Counted from the stretch's first letter, positions 40,801-50,070 are shown. The stretch is 64,000 nt of DNA from an uncultured Desulfobacter sp. (GCA_963665095.1 OY762069.1:5792001-5856000); one strand, 5' to 3'. Notes: generated from the letters alone by a model not told the origin. Program-made: numbers and translations.

Positions 40801-43133
40801 CATTCATCCGGGGGGTAGCCGGTGATGCGCTCAACAGCCTGGTTCACCCACTCAAGCTTGCCCGAAAGGTCATACCAGGCCTGCCAGTCATAGGTATGTT
40901 CGGAAATGATCCGCAATTGGGACCGGGCGTTTTCGACCTGTTCAAGCAGGCTTCTACGTTCCGTTATATCAATGGCAAGCCCCACGTGCCTGACAGGCTT
41001 GCCATGATCATCCCATTCAATGGCCCGGCCTACGGAATAGATCCAGACACAGCCAGACGGCCTGGTCTGAAGACGATACTCAATGATGAACAACTGCCCT
41101 GAATCGTCCCGGTGGGTATTTATGGCGGCCTCTTCAAATACTTGCCGGTCATCGGGGTGGATAAAGGCAATAAACTGTTCATGGGAATGGGGAACTTCGC
41201 TTTCCTGATACCCGTTTCGGGTGAAAAGAACCGCAGGAAAAAAATCAAGGTAATTATTTGCGAGATCATATTCCCAGTAACTGGCATTGGCCGTTTCCAT
41301 GGAGAACCTGAAACGCTCCCGGGTTTGGCGCATCTGCTCAAGAAGTTCCTGCTGCCGGGTAATATCAATGACCAGCCCTGCGGTTTTAACCACCTGTCCC
41401 GAGTCGTCCCATTCAACAGCCTGGCTGACGGTGTGGAACCAGACCCATCCGGTATTTTTTTTATTGGGAAGCCTGTAATCAATCCTGAAAATCGGCATTT
41501 CCCCGCCAAGGTGCCGGGCAATTTCCTGTTTTACCTTAACCAGGTCTTCGGGGTGAATCATGGAAAAAAACTGTGTTTGGTTTTTGGGCACATCTGTATC
41601 TGCGTATCCGATCTGTTCAAAAAGATGGTGTGAGTTGATTGTAATTTCGTCGGCAAGCACATCAAAATGCCAGTAAAATGCACCGGCGGTTTTAAGGGAA
41701 AAGTTAAGACGCTCTTCACTTTTTTTAAGGGCATGGACTGATTCCATGCGCTGTGTGACATCCCTGCAACTGACCCGGAAGCCAAAACCGGTGCCGTCAT
41801 CCTTGAAAACAGGGTTCCAGGACACAGACAGCCAGATCCGGTCACCATGTCGGGAATAAATTCTTAACGTCACATCATTGCCCGAAGAACCGGCCATGGC
41901 CGACTGGTTGATTTCCCGGCATTTGTCACGGTCCTGGGCGGCGACCATGGGCAGCGGGAATTCCTCCATGGCAAGGCATTGTTCTTCAGTGTACCCGGTC
42001 AGGTGCCGGGCGGCCCGGTTGATCCAGCGCAGCTTTCCTGTTTCGTCATGCCAGGTCTCCATGCCGGTGGTATAATCGGCAATGATCCTGAATTTTTCCT
42101 GGGACCGGACGGCTTTTTTTTCTGCTTGTTCACGCATGGCCATCTCTTTTTTCAGGCGCCTGTTGGCGAAAAACATAAAGGCAATAATGGATAGCGCAAG
42201 CGTTGCCCAGGGCAAGGCCATCCTGAAAAATCTGCCCCAGTCAAGCTGTTTTTTGAATTCAATGGTGACCCATCTGCTGTGAATGGCGGCATGCTCCTCC
42301 GGGGTTAAAGAGTCAAGGGTTTTATTTAAAATGGATACCAGCACCGGCCAGTCTTTTCGAACGCCGATGTGCAATTGGGAATCAATGTCCTCCACCCAGC
42401 AGGCGATTTTCAATTGCTGGAACTTGCGGTGGCTGATCCAGAAGGCAGCATCGGCCGCATTGGCGAAAAAGGCGTCGGCCTGGCCCCTGGCCACACGGGT
42501 CAAGCCGTCAAGGGGGGATTCAACCCTGACGATATCCAGTTCAGGATGCAGGTCAGATAGTCGTTTTGTACTGGGATAGGGTCCCACGGATGCCACTTTT
42601 TTGCCGTAAAACTGTTTTATACTGTCAGCAGATTCTTTGGACCGTACAACCAGAACCCAGGGGAAAGTAATATATGACCGGGTAAAATTTAAAAACTTTT
42701 CCCGGCTCCGGGTTTTGATTAAACCGGGAAGGAGATCGATTTTTTTTTCAGCGGCAAGCGTTAAAATCTGTTTCCATGAATAAAAGCCGCCGTCCTCTTT
42801 TTCAGTCTGTTTAAAATCAACATGAAGGCGTTTGGCAAGCAGTTCAAAATAGTCCGGGACAATCCCGTGGGGGCCTTTGGCGTCAATAAATTCAAAGGGC
42901 GGCCGTTCAGGGGAAAACCCCACCCGGATTACAGGATGGGATTTAAGCCAGAGGCGTTCCTCTTTGGTGAGTATTTTATGGAACAATGAATGGTCCGGGC
43001 CCTGTGCTTCCCGGTCATCATGAATTACGGCGTGATCTGTGGACTTCCCATTGTCGTTGCCATAACACACCCCCGGGCCATAGTATAAGAAAGATATGCC
43101 CAGAATAATCAGACACCCCTTAAAGATACGCAT
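37872..43133 (-). CDS. Large hybrid sensor kinase (SBP_bac_3, TM, ~5 PAS, HisKA, HATPase, REC, REC, Hpt)
   Basis: [21 protein letters not shown], two MD..MP receivers, AHTIKG Hpt. Confidence 0.95.
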   Translation of the reverse strand: MRIFKGCLIILGISFLYYGPGVCYGNDNGKSTDHAVIHDDREAQGPDHSLFHKILTKEERLWLKSHPVIRVGFSPERPPFEFIDAKGPHGIVPDYFELLAKRLHVDFKQTEKEDGGFYSWKQILTLAAEKKIDLLPGLIKTRSREKFLNFTRSYITFPWVLVVRSKESADSIKQFYGKKVASVGPYPSTKRLSDLHPELDIVRVESPLDGLTRVARGQADAFFANAADAAFWISHRKFQQLKIACWVEDIDSQLHIGVRKDWPVLVSILNKTLDSLTPEEHAAIHSRWVTIEFKKQLDWGRFFRMALPWATLALSIIAFMFFANRRLKKEMAMREQAEKKAVRSQEKFRIIADYTTGMETWHDETGKLRWINRAARHLTGYTEEQCLAMEEFPLPMVAAQDRDKCREINQSAMAGSSGNDVTLRIYSRHGDRIWLSVSWNPVFKDDGTGFGFRVSCRDVTQRMESVHALKKSEERLNFSLKTAGAFYWHFDVLADEITINSHHLFEQIGYADTDVPKNQTQFFSMIHPEDLVKVKQEIARHLGGEMPIFRIDYRLPNKKNTGWVWFHTVSQAVEWDDSGQVVKTAGLVIDITRQQELLEQMRQTRERFRFSMETANASYWEYDLANNYLDFFPAVLFTRNGYQESEVPHSHEQFIAFIHPDDRQVFEEAAINTHRDDSGQLFIIEYRLQTRPSGCVWIYSVGRAIEWDDHGKPVRHVGLAIDITERRSLLEQVENARSQLRIISEHTYDWQAWYDLSGKLEWVNQAVERITGYPPDECMEMADYPRPLIDSRDLDLYDRHNDLARHGAGRQEFGVRIRKKDDTRAWVYMSLEPVLDEDNQVSGIASISKDITSQKKAEREFNLMAKIFENTKDPIQVLDLSHRIIEVNDATVRDYGYSRQELLGESISMIVPKEIYEQGSRLFKRCLDGEIVRDVEWRRKKKDGTIVSVLLTFALLHNDDGKPIGVAAITKDITKLKQAEQELNDYKDHLEALVVERTADLARATQIAQEATRAKSEFLANMSHEIRTPLNAVIGFAYLALQTPLDDLQSDYIKKIQNSSKALLGVINDILDFSKIEAGKLSMETIEFSLDEVLDNVTTLVGVKAQQKGLEVVFNIGPALPWLFLGDPLRLGQILINLTNNAVKFTENGEIVLGCSLIRESKDDVELKFFVQDTGIGMTDEQQAKLFRAFSQADTSTTREYGGTGLGLVISKSLVEMMNGRIWVESESGRGTTFFFTVCLEKAGKTPACSLEPDSELYQSKVLVVDDNYISRTVLSTMLESMSFRVTQADGAMAGLAELEAVEKDDPFKLVLMDWQMPGMDGLHASRKIRETMKMNVPRVIMVSAYAREELMQNTAAMGLDGYLVKPVSPSLLFNTIMAALGVKADFRVGMHQKDSALQGMQAVRGTRLLVAEDNEVNQQVAKGILENSGFIVDIAGNGRLAVEAVQKKAYDAVLMDIHMPEMDGYAASRAIRENDAFKDLPIIAATANAMAGDREKALAAGMNDHVAKPINVRELLNVLHKWVKKTPKGLSTEQERTADRENMPENKAYDQFKDLEGIDARQGLERLAGDAGLYRALLKKFAVNQAQTDIKLEQALGENDLETARRLAHTIKGVAGNISAQPLFETASDLDAALKSADIQTAKSILPVFSGHLQQVIQAVSQLEKNKDPETGSRDNPADTQSIQPLLHELAALLNEDDTAASDLVRQLTNSVGEGREMLDQMSRQISGYEFDQAKQTLEELCRTLKIDLGGV

Positions 43134-43963
43134 TATAGCTCCCCTTTGAAAATATCCGGATATTTTTTAATATAATGTTTGTCCATGCAGTCGGGACAGA
43201 CACTGTGGCTGACATCTGCCTGGGAGTATTTGCCCAGGTAAACATCAACACGCTCCCAATATCCCTTATCATTTCGGATTTTTTTACAAAATGAACATAA
43301 GGGCAGAATGCCTCTTAATACTTTTAATTCGGACAATGCGCGTTCAAACAACACGTTTTGATCTTCCTGTGCCTTACGCATCTCAAGTATCCGGTGGGCA
43401 TTGGTCAGATAGGCTGTAAGCTGTTTAATATCATTGACGTCATATGGGGCATTTTTATTAGCCACACACCCTAATAAAACGATTTTGCCCTGGTTTGAAA
43501 AAACAGGAACCGACAAAAGCCCGGTTATTTTCACATGTCCGTCAGGCACCCCCCTTTTGTTCTCAAGATCCTGGTTATAGTCATTATAAATGACAGGTTT
43601 TCTATGCCTGACTGCGTTTCCCCAGATTCCGGATTTTTCAATGGAAAAGCTGATGGGTTTGGTGTGAATGGTGCAATCATGAAAAACAGCTTCGGACCAG
43701 GAAAAAATCTGCATACGTGTTTCATCATCATTGATAAATCCAAAAAAGCCGTACTGGCTTTCCGACATGAGAACAATTTCTTCCAAAAGTGTATCGCACA
43801 CTGTTTTAAACGCACTGTTCGTCATGCTTGCAAGCTTCCAGAGGGATTTAAGGCGTTTCTGGTTGAGCCTCAATGTTGCTTGATCCGCCTCTTTTTTTGC
43901 CAGTTCCTCCTGAAGCAGGGTTATCTTTTTTTTAAGTTCCCGGTATGTGGGATGTTTTGCCAT
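43133..43963 (-). CDS. GAF-domain protein with a C-terminal CxxC...HSVCxxC domain
   Basis: SQYGFFG..PDGHV..VANK GAF; LRGILPLCSFCKKIRNDKGYW..SHSVCPDC; TAATG overlap with the kinase. Confidence 0.85.
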   Translation of the reverse strand: MAKHPTYRELKKKITLLQEELAKKEADQATLRLNQKRLKSLWKLASMTNSAFKTVCDTLLEEIVLMSESQYGFFGFINDDETRMQIFSWSEAVFHDCTIHTKPISFSIEKSGIWGNAVRHRKPVIYNDYNQDLENKRGVPDGHVKITGLLSVPVFSNQGKIVLLGCVANKNAPYDVNDIKQLTAYLTNAHRILEMRKAQEDQNVLFERALSELKVLRGILPLCSFCKKIRNDKGYWERVDVYLGKYSQADVSHSVCPDCMDKHYIKKYPDIFKGEL

Positions 43964-44252
43964 AAATATCCTTATTTAATGTGACATGGTCCGGGACATT
44001 GCCCGATGCTGCGCACCAGCAGTAAATTTATGGAAACAACACAAGGTCAGCTATATTCGAGGAAATTATTATAAATTCAACAATCCGATGTTAACATATT
44101 CATATGAAAGGGCTCAATGGCTTATTGAACTCTTTCATACAACGGCCATGGGCCATGCTGGTCAAATACAGACCGTCTTGTATGGTAGAACTGAAGACCA
44201 TGATAGCTCAGACTTTTTGCCTGTTAAAAAACGTTGACTAAATCACAGGTTG

Positions 44253-44276
44253 AGTGTATTACTAAATTAGTACACT
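44253..44276. promoter_or_regulatory. YtrA/GntR-type operator overlapping a sigma70 promoter
   Basis: AGTGTATTA..TAGTACACT inverted repeat; TTGACT at 44234. Confidence 0.6.
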
Positions 44277-44303
44277 ACAACGCAGCAGAAAAAGAGGAGG
44301 CCC

Positions 44304-44666
44304 ATGCGGCCGGCACTGAACCAAAGCAAATTTCTTGATATTGCCGAAGCACTTATGGAACAGATCATTGCAGGGAAGCTGTCCACCGGGGATAAAATTC
44401 CCTCTGTCAGGGAAACCGCAATGAAAATGGGGGTCACGCCAAATACGGCAGCTAATGCACATGCCAGGCTGCGGGATCTTGGGATCATAGAACCGGTGCA
44501 CGGCACAGGCAGTATCATTCAGCCGGCTGCCCGGGAAATGTGCCGGTCTTTTATTTACAAGAAATTTATTGACCAGGAACTTCCTGTGGTACAGCGCAGG
44601 ATGAGTCTGCTTGGATTGTCTGAAAAACAGGTCATGACATTGTTAAAAAAAAAAGGAGATAAATAA
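44304..44666 (+). CDS. GntR (YtrA subfamily) regulator
   Basis: GDKIPSVRE..GVTPNTA..GTGS; 120 aa. Confidence 0.9.
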   Translation: MRPALNQSKFLDIAEALMEQIIAGKLSTGDKIPSVRETAMKMGVTPNTAANAHARLRDLGIIEPVHGTGSIIQPAAREMCRSFIYKKFIDQELPVVQRRMSLLGLSEKQVMTLLKKKGDK

Positions 44667-45085
44667 TGAGAGCAGCATATTACTGCGGACTGGGTTTAAT
44701 CATATTTTTGGCGGCAGGGGCAGTCTGGCTTTCCGGCAATTCCACATACTATCTTAATCTGCCAAGCTTTTTGATGGTAACCGGAACCTGCATTGGCGCC
44801 CTGATCTGCAACTTTGGCCTGCGGGGAAGCCTGAGTGCAATCATGGCCATGCTTTATCCGGACAATGCTGCAGCCACAGGATTTCGTAAATCTGCTGCCA
44901 AGACCGTTATGCTTTCCGCCGTATTTGCTGGCCTGTTCTACATGATCATGGGGATTATCGCAGCCCTGGCCAATGTACAGGATCTGTCAAAATTAGGCCC
45001 CTGTCTTGCCACAGGTTTTATCAGCCTATTATATGGGTGTTTTCTGGCGCTTCTGGCAGTTCCGAATTATGTTTCTGAAGAATAA
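44666..45085 (+). CDS. Small MotA/TolQ-like membrane protein
   Basis: YLNLPSFLMV..GIIAALAN..LGP.LATGFISLLYG; TAATG coupling to gntR. Confidence 0.6.
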   Translation: MRAAYYCGLGLIIFLAAGAVWLSGNSTYYLNLPSFLMVTGTCIGALICNFGLRGSLSAIMAMLYPDNAAATGFRKSAAKTVMLSAVFAGLFYMIMGIIAALANVQDLSKLGPCLATGFISLLYGCFLALLAVPNYVSEE

Positions 45086-45089
45086 CCCC

Positions 45090-45152
45090 CCAGAAGAGAA
45101 AACCATTATCACACAAATTGATGATAGCTTTGATTTCCTTGGCTTCAATCTA
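45090..45152 (+). pseudogene. Short fragment of a group II intron reverse transcriptase/maturase
   Basis: PEEKTIITQIDDSFDFLGFNL matches the EKT.I....GFDFLG motif. Confidence 0.6.
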
Positions 45153-45700
45153 ACGCCCCGTCTTTTATTATTGAATGCAGGGGGATGAACGTGGTGCCTA
45201 ACAAGAGCAAAAGAGATGAAATAAGAACAACAGGTCTGAAATATTTATCTTGAACCCATAAGCCTGCCTTTTCCCCCATATTTTTATTCCCTGATTTGCT
45301 TTTCAGCCCTGCTTTCTAAAAGACGGGTTTTTGCCAGTTTTTCAAGTTTTTTCCGGATAAAATCATTATATGAAAAAGGAGGCTGGTCAAAGATTTGATT
45401 ATACTGGTCCAGGTACTTTCTGGCATGGGCAGTTTTTTTTGAAAAAACAGTATATGCGTAGATCGGCTTTTCCGGAAGGGGGAGAATCTTGACCTGATCC
45501 AGAACCCCCATTTTGCATGCTTTATATTTCAGTCTTACATCGTTGAGATCATAAGCGGCGACCAGTCTGTTGAGAAGCACTCTTTTGATGTTCTGTGCCA
45601 CCTAGTCCGGCCTTCTTATATAGTCCATTTTAAAGCTATTGATGTTTTCTTTTATGAATTTTGACAGATTTGCGTCCCTGAGAAATCCAACCCGAAACCC
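45152..45700 (-). repeat. Diverged partial copy of the SBP/kinase junction at 54259-54807, with a nonsense codon
   Basis: Colinear over ~549 bp with ~30 substitutions by hand count; TGG>TAG at 45602-45604. Confidence 0.9.
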
Positions 45701-45940
45701 GATATCCCAAAGCCCAAGATGACGCAATATTTTCTCGATGATGTCAAGTTCTTCGATGAAACTGATGATATGCATCTGGCCCCAGCATTTTGGACAGATC
45801 AGCGGGTCCACTTCATAAATTTTCTGAATCAGCCTGGCCCAGTTTTGCCGGGATTCTTTGGATGACATCTCATTTGGAATAACAGCAAGAATGTCATCAT
45901 CCACCTCCGCCTTTTTCCTCATACCCCGTGATTTATTCAA
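45701..45940 (-). mobile_element. IS91-like (Y2) transposase C-terminal fragment
   Basis: WARLIQKIYEVDPLICPKC..M.IISFIE..KILRHLGLW. Confidence 0.8.
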
Positions 45941-45944
45941 ATAT

Positions 45945-46226
45945 GATCAGAAAATTGACACCAGCACTGCTACTGGAAAAGCATTCTTGCAAATGCTTGG
46001 TGTTTTTGCTGAGTTTGAAACAAACCTGCGTAAAGAGCGGCAAATGGCTGGCATCAACGCTGCCAAAGAGCGGGGAGAGCATTTGGACAGGAAGCCTTCA
46101 CTGACACTTACCCAGAAGACCGAAATAAGGACAAAAACTAAAAACGGCATGAGCCCCAGCCAGTTGAGCAAGGAATATGGCGTCAGCCGAGGCACGATAT
46201 ACAATATCCTGAAAGAGGTTGCTTAA
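45945..46226 (+). pseudogene. Serine resolvase/invertase C-terminal fragment
   Basis: IDTSTATGKAFLQMLGVFAEFETNLRKERQ..HTH; catalytic N-terminus absent. Confidence 0.82.
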
Positions 46227-46634
46227 ATCCACATACGGAGGCTGAGAATGTTTATCGAAGTACCCGGCCTTACCTGACTAGCCTATTCGCAAAAAGAATT
46301 TTACAGGACGACAGGCACAATTAAAATTGATTCTTGGCTTTTAAGGACAGGCACAATATACGGTGGCCGGATAATTTCCTGAAAAGCATAAATACCATTT
46401 GTGGCGTTTCGATTTACTTGTAATTACTATCACTAAAATCAGAACTACTATCGTATGACGATGAGACTTCTTGACTGCGTGAGCGTTTATTTGTATTAGA
46501 TAATTTTGTGATTGCCAATCTTTTAAATGCAATTTTAAATTGTCATTTCATTTTCTGAAAATCTTGATATATAATTGGAAACCACATGTTCAAAGCCGTA
46601 ATTCTAAATCGTCGTATATGGTAAGGAAAAATAA

Positions 46635-47798
46635 ATGTTTTACGCAATTTCAGCTCATAGTGAAGAGGTTGACACTGATCTGGCGGTTGAAGAGATCATG
46701 GATCAATGCAACAAAAAATTGGAAGGGCGCATCCCGAAAGCCGGACTGCTTTTTGCCAGCATTGATATGGAACATGAAGAGTTGGTTGGTGCTATCAATA
46801 AAGCATGGCCCGGTATTCAACTCATCGGCTGTTCGACAGATGGCGAATTATCATCTGATTATGGTTTTTGTGAAGACTCGGTGGCATTGATGTTGTTTTC
46901 GTCAGAACACATTGATATGACAGCGGGGGTAGGGCTGAATATGAGCAAAAATATTCTGCAGGCATGTGAAAATGCAAGAGACATTGCGCTGTCAAGAACA
47001 GGGCAGAAGCCGGCCTTTTGTATCATAACCCCTGATAGTTTAACTGCGAGTGGGCATGAAATAGTAAAGAGTTTAAAACTCTCCTTAGGTGATGAGATTT
47101 CTTTTTTTGGTGGTACAGCCGGTGATCAGTGGCGATTCAAAGGAACGTATCAATATTTTTGTGATGAAGTTTTAACGGATTCATTGCCTTTACTTTTATT
47201 CTCAGGAGATCTGCTTTTTTCGGCTGGTGTATCAAGCGGCTGGCGCCCGGTAGGCTCCCCTGGAGTAATAACCCGTAGCCAAGGGCCGATCGTTCATGAA
47301 ATTGACAATATTCCAGCGATAGAATTCTATCGGCGCTATTTAGGAGAGGACGCAACACCTGGCGGTGAGTTTCCGTTGGCAATTTTAAACGACAAGGATG
47401 AAATGCTGTACCTTCGAGCCACAGGCGGTTTTGTGGATGAGGACTCAGGTGCAATCACATATTTTGCTGACATGCCAAACGATACGAAGGTGCAAATAAC
47501 AGTGGCCGACCGGGACGGTATAATTGAAGGGTGCCAAAATTCTATTGAGATGGCCCTGAAAAATTATCCAGAGGGTAAAACACCAGATGTGGGAATTATT
47601 TTTAGTTGTTCCGCCCGAAAGCTTTTGTTGGGTACCCGTACAAAAGACGAACACAGCCTACTGGTGGAGAAACTTGGCGGTGACACGGAACTGATCGGTT
47701 TTTACGGGTATGGTGAAATCGGCCCATCATTGTCTGACAAAGATAAAACAGAATTTCATAACGAAACTTTTATTTCACTTTTAATCGGTACAAAATAG
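46635..47798 (+). CDS. FIST-domain sensory protein
   Basis: LIGCSTDGE, FGGTAGD, SGWRPVG, FSCSAR, GFYGYGEI, HNET. Confidence 0.92.
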   Translation: MFYAISAHSEEVDTDLAVEEIMDQCNKKLEGRIPKAGLLFASIDMEHEELVGAINKAWPGIQLIGCSTDGELSSDYGFCEDSVALMLFSSEHIDMTAGVGLNMSKNILQACENARDIALSRTGQKPAFCIITPDSLTASGHEIVKSLKLSLGDEISFFGGTAGDQWRFKGTYQYFCDEVLTDSLPLLLFSGDLLFSAGVSSGWRPVGSPGVITRSQGPIVHEIDNIPAIEFYRRYLGEDATPGGEFPLAILNDKDEMLYLRATGGFVDEDSGAITYFADMPNDTKVQITVADRDGIIEGCQNSIEMALKNYPEGKTPDVGIIFSCSARKLLLGTRTKDEHSLLVEKLGGDTELIGFYGYGEIGPSLSDKDKTEFHNETFISLLIGTK

Positions 47799-47836
47799 CA
47801 GCCAACGTTTCAAATACACTTTAGAGAAATTTTATT

Positions 47837-49972
47837 TTGATAGAAGACCTTGAAAAGAAAATTGCAAAATTAGAACGGGAGAATCGTATTCTCAAAAAAA
47901 AACTGGAACGGTCTGAGAACAACCAGGTGAATCTTGAGGATGCAAAAGATCGTTTTGATAAAATTTATCGATCTGTCATAAAAGAGTTGGACGGTCAAAA
48001 AAAATTTTTGCAGGATATTTTTGATTTTTTACCTGATTCTACAATGGTTATCGACGAAGACGGTCAAGTTATCGCTTGGAATAAGGCAATGGAACAGCTT
48101 ACAGGTGTGGCCGCCGATGATATGCTTGGTAAAAAAAACAATGCTTATTCCATACCATTTTATGGTGAACCGCGTCCAATTCTAATAGATCTCGCTAGAA
48201 AATGGGATGACTCCGCAAAAGATCAGTATATCACCTTATCTAAGAAAGCTGACGGAACCTTAATATCCGAGTCCTTTTATCCAAAACTGAAGGACGGAAC
48301 ATATATTTCAGCCAGTGCAAGGCAGCTGTTTGACACCTCTGGAAACCCCAAAGGAGCGATTGAGTCTCTCCGTGATGTGACTGAAAAGCGGCTGATCGAA
48401 CAGGAAAACCTGGCAAGTCAGCGCAAAATGCAAGCCATGAGTCGAGCGGTGGATGATGCACTGATTATGATAAACAGCAAGGGCGAAATACTATTTTGGA
48501 ATCCATCCGCTGAAAAAATGTTTGGCTATTCTGAAAAAGAAGCCTTGGGGCAGGATATCCATGGCCTTATTGCAGCGTCTCAAACAAAACAGATTGTCCA
48601 TGATGGGATGAAACAGTTTGGGCAAACCGGCGAGGGTAAAGTAATAAATGCTGTACGCCAAACCGAAGCTGTAAATCGGGAAGGAGAAATCTTCCCTGTA
48701 GAAGTCACAACCGCAGCATTTCAAATCGATGACGAATGGTTTGCCGTTGGTACTGTTCGGGACATCACTGCAAGAGTTCGGGCTGAAAGAAGGTTGCGTT
48801 TTACGCAATATGCCATGGATCATGCCTTTCACTCGGTCTTTTGGGTCGATCCGTCAACGGGTAAATTCATATACGTCAATGAGGCAGCCTGTAAGAGCCT
48901 TGGCTACACCAGAGAGGAATTGTTGGGTATGGTTGTTCCCCAGATCGACGTGGATTTCCCGGCAGACAAATTGGGGCAGTTTATTCAGGCACTTCGTGAC
49001 CATGATTTCATCCCAACACAGGGCCGGCACCTTACAAAGTCAGGAAAGTTTCTCGACGTGGAGCTGACCTGTTACCTGAGCGATTATATAGAAAGTGAGG
49101 TTATCGTCGTTTTTGCACTGGACATCACTGAACGGTTAAAGGCCCAGCTGGAAAGGGATGAGGCATTCCAGGTCATCAGTTCGTCAATAGAATACGCCAG
49201 TCGGATTCAACGCTCCGTTCTGCCCCCGGTAGAATTACTGGATAAAATGGTCAAAGACTATTTCGTATTATGGGAACCCAGGGACGTGGTCGGAGGAGAT
49301 ATTTACTGGTGTTTGGAATGGGGCCAGGGCGTATTGGTTATACTGGCAGACTGTACGGGACACGGTGTGCCTGGGGCATTTATGACCCTAATTTCATCGG
49401 GAGCTCTGGAAAGAGGCATACTGGATGTGCCTGTGGGGGATCCAGCAGCCCTTATTCAGAGAATGCATCAATTGATACAAATTGTCTTGGGTCAGGATTC
49501 AAACGCCGGTCAATCAGATGATGGCCTTGAAATGGGGATGTGTTATATTCATCCCGACAAAAATCGGATAACTTTTGCAGGGGCAGGATTTCCTCTATTC
49601 AAGTTGAATGGAAAAAATGTAGAAATAATCAAAGGGAAGAAAATCGGTATCGCCTATAGACATATTGATTTCGATTCGACCTGGATTAATCAGGAAATTG
49701 AAGTGTCAGACGGAGATCTATTTTACATGTCATCGGATGGCATCTTCGATCAAATTGGTGGAGACAAACGAATGGGTTTCGGAAAGAAGCGCTTTAAAAA
49801 CCTTCTGGCCTCTATCCAGGATGTTCCCATGACCCAGCAGGGAAAAAAGATCTATGAAGAGCTGGAAAAATATCAGGGCAGTGAAAAAAGGCGCGACGAT
49901 GTGTCCGCCATCGGCTTTACAATACGATCTAAAAAAATCCCTGATCAAAGTCTGTTTCTAAAAGAATCTTAA
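47837..49972 (+). CDS. Coiled coil-3xPAS-SpoIIE (PP2C) phosphatase
   Basis: YASRIQ, VGGDIY, ADCTGHGVPGA, SDDGLE, SDG..DQ, RRDD. Confidence 0.92.
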   Translation: MIEDLEKKIAKLERENRILKKKLERSENNQVNLEDAKDRFDKIYRSVIKELDGQKKFLQDIFDFLPDSTMVIDEDGQVIAWNKAMEQLTGVAADDMLGKKNNAYSIPFYGEPRPILIDLARKWDDSAKDQYITLSKKADGTLISESFYPKLKDGTYISASARQLFDTSGNPKGAIESLRDVTEKRLIEQENLASQRKMQAMSRAVDDALIMINSKGEILFWNPSAEKMFGYSEKEALGQDIHGLIAASQTKQIVHDGMKQFGQTGEGKVINAVRQTEAVNREGEIFPVEVTTAAFQIDDEWFAVGTVRDITARVRAERRLRFTQYAMDHAFHSVFWVDPSTGKFIYVNEAACKSLGYTREELLGMVVPQIDVDFPADKLGQFIQALRDHDFIPTQGRHLTKSGKFLDVELTCYLSDYIESEVIVVFALDITERLKAQLERDEAFQVISSSIEYASRIQRSVLPPVELLDKMVKDYFVLWEPRDVVGGDIYWCLEWGQGVLVILADCTGHGVPGAFMTLISSGALERGILDVPVGDPAALIQRMHQLIQIVLGQDSNAGQSDDGLEMGMCYIHPDKNRITFAGAGFPLFKLNGKNVEIIKGKKIGIAYRHIDFDSTWINQEIEVSDGDLFYMSSDGIFDQIGGDKRMGFGKKRFKNLLASIQDVPMTQQGKKIYEELEKYQGSEKRRDDVSAIGFTIRSKKIPDQSLFLKES

Positions 49973-50014
49973 TGAAACAAGCGTAGAATAAGGGGTTTTA
50001 GGCATTCCGCACTG

Positions 50015-50035
50015 CGAGTCCCTGCGTCGGTACCA
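50015..50035 (+). other. tRNA(Leu-like) 3'-end fragment, probable att site of an integrative element
   Basis: CGAGT-CCCTG-CGTCGGT-A-CCA = partial T-loop, T-stem, acceptor strand, discriminator, CCA; no 5' half. Confidence 0.65.
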
Positions 50036-50046
50036 GAATCTACAAT

Positions 50047-50070
50047 GCCCCCTGTCTTCAGGGGGTTTTT
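50047..50070 (+). terminator. Terminator after the tRNA fragment
   Basis: GCCCCCTG-TCTT-CAGGGGGT-TTTT. Confidence 0.65.

Noticed and set aside
45090..45152. Functional group II intron, retron or DGR
   Set aside because: No YADD motif, no other RT sequence, and no domain V/VI structure recognised
24433..45604. Selenocysteine or pyrrolysine recoding of in-frame stops
   Set aside because: The stops at 24643 and 30109 are TAA, and the TAG at 45602 replaces Trp in a truncated duplicate; all lie in decayed genes
49960..50035. Possible intact tRNA
   Set aside because: Only the last 21 nt are present; no D-arm, anticodon arm or 5' acceptor strand
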